Assembly: GCF_006345805.1 (NCBI RefSeq)
Contig: NW_021834450.1
Location: 1 to 48,531, forward strand
DNA length: 48,531 nucleotides
Reading direction: 5' to 3'
Origin: Octopus sinensis
Lineage: Eukaryota
In this document: piece after piece, positions 40,301 through 48,531 of the stretch
Numbering within the stretch: the first letter of the stretch is position 1
How the letters are laid out: each line of letters starts with the position of its first letter
Notes under the pieces: generated by a model
What the model was told of the DNA's origin: nothing
Seen by the model: the letters and a program-made list of their open reading frames with translations, nothing else
The model's database searches: none
Made by a program: the position numbers and the translations under genes

Positions 40301-41517
40301 CAAATGCATAAGCTAGGGCAAAAAGGCCACAATCATATGTGCCAGCTTCGGGATTAATTATTTGAAGTTGTTGAATTGTAGGAACAATGTTTGCTTGTGG
40401 TGAGTACAATGTTGTTATTTGTGCCATTAGTTCCTGCGAAACTGGTAAATTCAAACTGTCATAAATATAAACATTTCCGAAAAAATTAGTTGACAAAACA
40501 AAATGATTGTTCGTGGTGTGATGAATAAACAGTGTGCGGTGTGGATTGTATTTTAGAAATTCCGTGTGAGAAAAAATGGTTGGTTGTATTGGAATTTCTG
40601 GAAAATTTTCCGTTTCTATTTTCAACCCGGCGTCAATGAGTTTATCACATAACATTTGTCCTGAAAGTAAAAACGACTTCTCGTATTTCAAAGCAAATCT
40701 TATCAACCAAAATGCTCCCTTGTCCACTGGCTCAGAGGAATGCTTTTTCAGCTTCTTTTCTTTTTTTGTCTTCAGGGCCGAGATTTTTTTTTTTCAAAGT
40801 TCAGCAAACATTTAAACAAGAAATTCAAACGATTTTTTGAAAAACATACCTTTTCAAGGACACTTGAAATCTCTTTGATGTCTGCATCGAGCAGTGTTAA
40901 TTTTGAACGATAGTGTTCAATAACAGCTTCCATTATGTTAAATGAATTGCTTTCACCAATTAATTAAAACTTTTGAAGCATGAATCGTCAGGCTTTGATG
41001 CACACATTGGTATATTCGATGTAAGACCGTCCGGCATAACTTTCTCTTGCTTGCATGTCTCCAGAAATGACAGAAATTAAGAAGAAAGTGCATATTCTCA
41101 GAAAATATTCTGAATTTACTTCGCTTTCACTTCTCAGAATGTATGAGGAGAAATATGTTTGCAGGTTATTAACATCACGCCCTGGAAGAATGAAACAAAT
41201 AACAGGAGAATATCATCAAACTTATACAAAGCTGTTTGATTAAATATTCTTCTTTCTCTGTTTTTCTTTCCTTTTTTTCCCTTTTTTCTGTCGTCTTCTT
41301 TTTTCTGTTATTTTTTCTTTCTTTTCGCCTGTTAAAGACATAAAAACTGATGATGTCATTCCATCAACGAGTGGACGCTACTTGCTCACGTTTAAATTTA
41401 CTTTACGTTTAAATTTCTGAATTTTTATCACTGCTTATTTTGAACTCGACAAAGACAGACATACTGTTGAAATATCGTTCAATAAAATACAATCGATTCG
41501 CGCTCTTCGTCTTGACT
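37376..41517 (-). mobile_element. Penelope-like retroelement (RT + C-terminal GIY-YIG), degraded, with inverted pseudo-LTR
   Basis: FLETC..VMPDGL N-terminus, VINLS..LELGMSFCP, MDVSSLYPNI, GCAMG, WLRFIDD, VYAAQC..YVGCT..RFNGH. 37376-37812 is repeated in inverted orientation at 41084-41517. Confidence 0.92.
40200..40727 (-). pseudogene. Ulp1/SENP (C48)-like cysteine protease domain within the PLE reading region
   Basis: NNHFV ... YDSL ... DCGLFALAYA ... FDQSKMRAHL gives His-Asp-Cys in CE-clan order and spacing. Judged by eye, no HMM run. Confidence 0.7.
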
Positions 41518-41546
41518 ATTATTATTGTTATTATTTATATTATTGA

Positions 41547-41592
<46 letters not shown>

Positions 41593-41598
<6 letters not shown>

Positions 41599-42665
41599 TA
41601 GTTTTATTTTTATAGCGTGCTTTCACTTCACTACCGAGCGCAGCTCTGTGTGCCTTGGGTATGTGCTGTGATTTGTTTTGATGCTCTGATGGATATTGTA
41701 TGGAAAGTGTTCTGCGTAGGATGTGTGCAGTGCCTAGTAGTGCAATTTTCTGTATGTTATATGTGTTTGTAAGTCCTGGTGTTTTTGTTATGTATTTGTC
41801 TGAATATTTTTTTATCATGCCTAATGCATCTACTATGATAGGAATTGTTTCTGTTTTCAGGTTCCACATTCTAGTTATTTCTATTTCCAGGTCTTTGTAT
41901 TTTGAGAGTTTCTCCATTTCTTTTAGAGACACGTTGTCATCTGCCGGTATTGATACATCAATTAGAAAGCATTTTTTTTCTTCATGATCTCTGGCAACTA
42001 TATCTGGTCTGTTGGCCTTAATTTCTCTATCTGTGTGTATCGGCATATCCCAGAGTATGGTTGCTTTCTCGTTTTCTGTGACCTTTTCTGGTGTGTGCCT
42101 ATACCATCTTTTTTCTGTTGTTATTCCATAATGTTGGCATAGCTTCCAATGTATGTAGGTTCCAACTCTGTCATGTCTGTGAATATATTCCTTCTTAGCC
42201 AGGACTGGGCAGCTAGAGATAATATGATTTATTGTTTCTTGTCCATCTCCACATATTCTGCAGTTACTTGTAATATTTCTTTTCATTACATGTTTTTGGT
42301 AATTTCTGGTGGGGAGGCTTTGGTCTTGTGCTGCAATTAAAAATCCCTCTGTTTCTGCTTTGAGTCCTGAGCTTCTCAACCATTGCTGGGATTTTTCTTT
42401 GTCTATTTCTTTTGCGTTTAGTTTAGTGCAGTATTTACCATGAAGGGGCTTTTCTTGCCATCGTTTTATCATGGCTCGTTGCTGTTCTATTTTTAGTTTG
42501 ATTTCATTTGTTTTATAGCTTTTGTTGTTTCTTCATCATCTTCTTCTTCTTCTTTGTGTTTATTAGGTGGTATGATTTCTTGTTTGTATTTGTCAGCTTC
42601 CTTAAATACTGAGAACAGCTTTTGTTTTGCTCGTGTTTTGCTGCTATCTGGATCAGTTTTCCTTC
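41593..42665 (-). mobile_element. 5'-truncated R4/Dong-type LINE (third subfamily)
   Basis: GLKAETEGFLIAAQDQ, CRIC..HIISSC, RHD, RPD..IDVSIP, K..KY; distinct 3' UTR; (TAA)n on both sides. Confidence 0.9.
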
Positions 42666-42666
42666 C

Positions 42667-42734
<68 letters not shown>

Positions 42735-42739
42735 TTATT

Positions 42740-42828
<89 letters not shown>

Positions 42829-42830
<2 letters not shown>

Positions 42831-43170
42831 CGGAGACCCCCTTCGGTCACGACACAGACCATGGGATTGTACCTAGAAAGTTACCCTCGTAGACACAAGT
42901 CCGGGCGAGGTTGTTTATGGAAGACCAGCAGTCGCCCATGCATACCGGCCTCCCCTCTCCACGCCACCAGTGTTATCCAAGGGAAAGACAAAGGTCGATA
43001 CAGCTTGGCACCAGTGATGTCGCAACTCATTTCTACAGATGAGTGAACTGGAGCAACGTGAAATAAAGTGCCTTGCTCAAGAACACAACACGCAGCCCGG
43101 TCCGGGATTCAAGCTCACAACTTCACGATCGTAAGCTCGATGCTCTAATCACTGAGCCATGCGCCTTCAC
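42829..43170 (-). mobile_element. tRNA-derived SINE family E with (AAT)n tail
   Basis: A-box-like tggctcagtg, B-box-like gcttgaatcc, CORE-like cttgagcaaggcactt; embedded in AAT repeats. Confidence 0.75.
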
Positions 43171-43183
43171 ATCATCATCATCA

Positions 43184-43253
<70 letters not shown>

Positions 43254-43499
43254 CATCATTATTATTATTGTGATTATTACTATTATATATTATTTATATA
43301 TAGATTTTATACATTTTGTGATCTAGTTATATTTTATTTTTTATTTAAGTTTTGGTTTATGTCTATCATTGTTTGAATCGCATGATAGTGGTTTTTTCTC
43401 TAATTTATATTTTATATAATTATATAGTGAAATTTGATTTAATAATAATTGAATCTTTCCCTGTAAGTTTGGAGTTATACTCCCTAATATTATGATATA

Positions 43500-43615
<116 letters not shown>

Positions 43616-43622
43616 AATATAT

Positions 43623-43681
<59 letters not shown>

Positions 43682-43993
43682 GTGGAGGCGCAATGGCCCA
43701 GTGGTTAGGGCAGTGTACTCGCGGTTGTAGGATCGCAGTTTCGATTCCCAGACCGGGCGTTGTGAATGTTTATTGAGCGAAAACACCTAAAAAGCTTAAC
43801 GAGGCTCCGGCAGGCGATGGTGGCGATCCCTGCTGTACTCTTTCGCCGCAATTTTCTCTCACTCTTTCTTCTGTTGGCCTGCTCGCTTTGCCAGCGGGGT
43901 GGCGTCATTTGAAGGCTAAAACAATGCGAAGCGCATTGTGACCAGCGATGTGTAGCAACATCTGATAACCTGGTCGGTCACGTGATCACGTGA
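43682..43993 (+). mobile_element. tRNA-derived SINE family B
   Basis: A box TGGCCCAGTGG, B box GTTTCGATTCC. Copies at about 5725-5863(-), 30745-30931(-), 31408-31491(-). Confidence 0.8.
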
Positions 43994-44033
43994 TATATAT
44001 ATATATATATATATAGACATACTTATATATATA

Positions 44034-45303
44034 CGAGGGGCGTTCAATAAGTAATGCCCCTGACCCACTTCCCATAGCAGTAGAGCAACGGAACTTGGCA
44101 CAGTTATTGGTCTTTTTCTACATAGGAACCACTCAGAGTTACGCATTTCTCCCATCGTTTGATCCAGCTCTGGAGACCGTTTTTGTAAAAGACCCCAGCT
44201 TGGTCCTCCAACCACGACGTGACTTTAGAAATCAAGGCTGCATCATCTGGGAAATGCTTTCCTTTCAAAAACAACTTCATGGCTGGGAAGAGGTGAAAAT
44301 CAGAGGGTGCAAGGTCAGGAAAGTAGGGGGGTGATGGAGGAGTTCATAGCCGCACGCCTGTGCTTCTGATCTGGCGACACGCGAGTTGTGGACCGGAGCG
44401 TTGTCCTGCAGGAAGAGGATGCCTTCGCTGATCTTGCCCCGCCTCTTCATTTTGATAGCTTCTCTTAATTTCCTCAAAAGTGAAGCATAATAGGCTCCTG
44501 TAATTGTGGTACCCTTTGCCAGGAAATCTGTCATCACTACTCCGTCCTGGTCCCAGAAGACTGTGAGCATGACCTTGCCAGCAGAGGGCTGCACCCTTGC
44601 CTTCTTTGGAGGAGGTGAGTCACGGTGCTTCCACTGCATTGACTGGGCTTTGGTCTCTGGATCATAGTGATGGACTCAGGTTTCATCCTGTGTAATCAGT
44701 CTTTTGAAAAGGTTTGACTCATCTTCTTGGTACGTCTCCAAATTCATCCTCGAGCACTCGACGCGTTCTTGCTTCTGGAAAGGTGTGAGCAACCTGGGAA
44801 TCGATCTGGCAGACACCTTTTGCATATGCAAATGGTCATGAATGATAGTTTCCACTGACCCGGTACTAATCTTGACCTCATGCGCTATTTGGCGAATAGT
44901 TATGCGTCGATCTTCCAAAATGGCAGCCTCAACTTGACGGACAGATGCCTCATCAATGACAGAAGGGGATCGACCAGATCTGGGAGCTGTTTCCACAGAG
45001 TTCCGACCATGTTTGAATTCACGATGCCAGCGTTTTACAAGGTCATATGATGGGGCATCATCATCATAAGTTACTTTCATTTCATAAAAAGTCTCCCGTG
45101 GTGTGCGTCCTTTCAAATACAAAAACCGGATCACTGCTCGACACTCAACAGGCTCCATTTCACACTTGACTCACTTCAAACACCTGTAATTCAGAAACCA
45201 CAATTAATTCACTATAGAGAAATAAATAATTGCACATGCAAAATTTCAGCTAGATCAAACAAATGCAAGTGGGTCAGAGGCATTACTTATTGAACGTCCC
45301 TCG
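44034..45303 (-). mobile_element. Full-length (1270 bp) mariner transposon with TIRs and TA duplication; transposase disrupted
   Basis: TIR cgaggg(g/a)cgttcaataagtaatgcc.ctgacccactt at both ends with flanking TA. HTH, DET, QDNA and PDLAPSDF motifs; one TGA at 44676 and one frameshift near 44320. Confidence 0.93.
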
Positions 45304-45360
45304 TACATATATATATATATATAAAAGTTGAGTTGTGGGGTATCGCACGAGTGGGATTAT

Positions 45361-46204
45361 ATATGAAAAAAGGTTTGAAAATGCAATTTAAACGATGTTT
45401 ATTTACTTAACCGGTTTCACTCTTTGGTAAAAGATTGTCAAAAGTAACATTGAATATTATGGGTTCAAAAAAAGTTTTTTACATAATTGTCACATTGAAT
45501 ATTATGAATTCAAAAGACATAAGGAAGTGTAATAGTTTGGTGAGAAAGCTTGTAATATTGACAGAGAAAATTAAAATGGATATTTTAGACATCTCAGAGT
45601 AACATTGAATATTATGGGTTCAAAAAAAGTTTTTTACATAATTGTCACATTGAATATTATGAATTCAAAAGACATAAGGAAGTGTAATAGTTTGGTGAGA
45701 AAGCTTGTAATATTGACAGAGAAAATTAAAATGGATATTTTAGACATCTCAGAATATTTTGAATCGAAGGCGAGAATTTGTTTTTTACTGACCTGTTTGT
45801 TTTAGCAGAAAAGTTGAATTGAGAGAAAAAAAGATATGTACCCATATGTAACATGTCCTTTCTACCAAAGACTGTATATATATACATGTAATGTGACAAT
45901 TTGCGACAACCAATAATTAACGCAACCAAATTTCCAATAATATATTTGTTTTATTCTTTTCTGCCAATTTTTTCAAATATTCTCATCACACTATTGAACT
46001 TTTTTATACTATATTTATCATGTAATGTGACAATTATGTAAAAAAAACATTTTTGAATTCATAATATTCAATGTGACAATTATGTAAAAAACTTTTTTTG
46101 AACCCATAATATTCAAGTTACTTTTGACAATCTTTTACCAAAGAGTGAAACCGGTTAAGTAAATAAACATCGTTTAAATTGCATTTTCAAACCTTTTTTC
46201 ATAT
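45361..46204. mobile_element. Foldback element with ~155-bp inverted ends and an internal 155-bp tandem duplication
   Basis: 45361-45515 is the reverse complement of about 46050-46204; 45444-45598 is repeated at 45599-45753. Confidence 0.8.
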
Positions 46205-46213
46205 ATATATAAT

Positions 46214-46249
<36 letters not shown>

Positions 46250-46338
46250 AATATATATATATATATAATATATATATATATATGTGATATATATATATAT
46301 ATATTATATATATATATATATATATAGTATATATTATG

Positions 46339-46407
<69 letters not shown>

Positions 46408-47085
46408 TATATATATATTATATATATAATATATATATTATTATATATATATATATATTATGTATATATATACATGTATATATATATATATTTCCCTTTC
46501 AGAATTGCAACTATTAGTGTTTTGGAGTTTTAACTGCTCTTTCTAGTGAGTCAGATATCCTATTATTGGTTATCTCTTATGTGTTTGAATGCACACTGTA
46601 TTCTTCTATGAAAAATGTATAGTCTATTGACTAAATTTTTCCTTCTCTCCAGACCTCTGGTAACAAAGAATTTTTCTATAAATATTTTTGCTATTCTAAG
46701 ATTCTTTAATTAATGATAAAAGGTTTTTGGCTAATTTATTTACTGCTGGATTGTTCCGCATTTGCGCAGAGGATTCGAAAGATTACAACATATAGACACA
46801 TGGCATGTTACTTATCCCCTCGTATCTATATGTTGATCCCTGGCATACTACTGACGAAGCAGCGCCAGATATAAATTTAAATTAGTTTCTTTTAATTTAT
46901 ATAAGATTGCAGAAACTATGCATAGTCTAAGAAAAATAGGGTAAATGTTTTTTATTTTTCATTCCCTTTCAGAATTGCAACTATTAGTGGCTTGGATTTT
47001 AACTGCTCTTTCTAGTGAGTCAGATATCCTATTATTGGTTATCTTTTATGTGTTTGAATGTACACTGTATCATATATATATATAT

Positions 47086-47493
47086 ATATTACATACATAT
47101 AAAAGGGATGACCTGTAAGTCGACATCCATTATGCTAGATGTATACCCCATATGGTCTGACCACTAAGAAAAGATTGTTCTCAAGAAAATTCAGCAAACG
47201 CCAGAACGGAAGCGAGCAAGACAAATGAATAATGAAAAATATATTTTGCTATGACGGTTACTGTGATGAGTTGCGGACATTTACGTAAGTATTACGTAAT
47301 TGGTAACAATGAAACCGAGTTTGTGACTAATCTGTACGTTTTGCATTTTACATTTGCCTTACTTGCTTACGTTCTGACGTTTGCTGAATTTTCTTGAGAA
47401 CAATCGTTTCTTAGTGGTCAGACCTTATGGAGTCTACATCTAGCATAATGGATGTCCACTTAGTGGTCATTCCCTCTTATATGTATGTAATAT
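47086..47493. mobile_element. MITE-like foldback with ~150-bp imperfect inverted arms
   Basis: The left arm ...ggtctgaccactaagaaa..ttctcaagaaaattcagcaaacg is mirrored at 47375-47430. Confidence 0.75.
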
Positions 47494-47969
47494 CATTTTT
47501 CTGAATCTTCAGATTTATTCAATATGCTAGGCCACTGTTTTTTTAAATTGATATTAATCAAATTAATATTCAGTTGTTCACCCGAAACCCTCCTGTCACA
47601 ATCTGGGACCTTGAAGACTGCTTTAATGCAAGAAAGTATACTAGTCCCTTAATATTTAATATTTGATATTCAATATTTCATCAATTCAATAAGACAATCA
47701 ATACTTCATTTCATTTTACTATATATATATATTATTTATACTATATATTCTTTATTCTACATTAACATTATAAAGAATATAAATAAAACATAAAAAACAG
47801 AGTTGGAATTCCTTTGAACAATATATATCCCTCTATACACAATCATACAAACCCTTTTATATATATATAAGGATAAGATCGTTAATTTAAAATAAAATAA
47901 CGATCTTATCAAGTGGCCAGCATGGAAAAAATAACCTTCAAAGGTAATAATTATTATAATTATACATTA

Positions 47970-48221
47970 GGGTATCTACGAGATACCACTATGCTGAAAA
48001 TAGCAGCCACGACCTGACTCTAAAACCACTTTAAGTGTACATATAGCAACATGGAGAGAAGACAAAGAGACAGGATGAAACTAGTAAATTATCCAGTAAT
48101 ATTTTACTATTTTCATCTTGTCTCTTTGTCTTCTCTCCATGTTGCTATATGTACACTTAAAATGGTTTTAGAGTCAGATCATGGCTGCTATTTTCAGCAT
48201 GGTGGTATCTCGTAGATACCC
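47970..48221. mobile_element. MITE-like foldback (252 bp, ~120-bp arms, TA flanks)
   Basis: TA|gggtatctacgagatacc ... ggtatctcgtagataccc|TA with a 14-nt spacer. Confidence 0.8.
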
Positions 48222-48531
48222 TAAGTCATAAACACGCCGACGGGAAATAACATCATTAGGTGAGACAAGCTGACTGACAGGTGACGGTCGTTTAGAAAAG
48301 GCGCGGGCTAAAACTACGCGCCTTCACTAGTCAGTTAAGGTGAGACAGTGTCACGTGACAACTTGCTGGGGATGCCTGCTGGAGACTATGCGGCAGGTAT
48401 TAAAGGGAAAAATTTGACAAGACAGTCAGTCACCGGCTGACACTCGCTGACGATACATCGAAGAGGCCAGGAACAGAAGATGGAAGAAGAAGAAGACATG
48501 CACCCAACACCAGAGCTGAAGACACCTCCGA

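Noticed and set aside
40212-40727. Protease ORF as an independent host SENP gene or retrocopy
   Set aside because: It has no own start context, polyA or TSD, and is bracketed by PLE-specific motifs on the same strand. Kept as part of the PLE pending a consensus.
43682-43760. tRNA genes at A/B-box sequences (also 319, 30331, 43100)
   Set aside because: They do not form cloverleaves and continue into multi-copy SINE bodies.
44670-44680. In-frame TGA as selenocysteine or programmed read-through (also 1841 in the R4 copy)
   Set aside because: Both fall on conserved Trp codons (TGG to TGA) in copies with other lesions; ordinary decay.
46490-47070. Possible decayed Penelope RT on the minus strand (NNPAVNKLAK..KNS)
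   Set aside because: Too many stops and frameshifts to support by eye; needs a tBLASTn/HMM check.
48225-48531. GC-richer segment at the window end, possibly the start of another element or gene
   Set aside because: Truncated; no recognisable motif.

Overview
AT-rich, microsatellite- and transposon-dense animal genomic DNA; the repeat mix suggests an octopus-like cephalopod (inference, not searched). The only host gene I can support is a secreted matrix metalloproteinase (M10A family) on the minus strand. I reconstructed six phase-compatible GT-AG coding exons from 32063 down to 600 (signal peptide, propeptide with SRCGFPD cysteine switch, catalytic domain with HEIGHALGIEH and Met-turn). Three of these exons are absent from the ORF track, and the gene probably continues off the left edge. 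The introns and upstream region hold R4/Dong-type REL LINEs in (TAA)n tracts, two head-to-tail Tx1 LINEs in (TCTA)n, CR1-group LINE fragments, at least five SINE families, Helitron-type elements, mariners and foldback elements. The most unusual object is a degraded Penelope-like element (37376-41517) whose RT-GIY-YIG polyprotein appears to carry a Ulp1/SENP (C48)-like cysteine protease domain inside it. A second highlight is a tRNA-derived SINE sharing its 3' terminus with the Tx1 LINE. All family assignments come from motif reading by eye.
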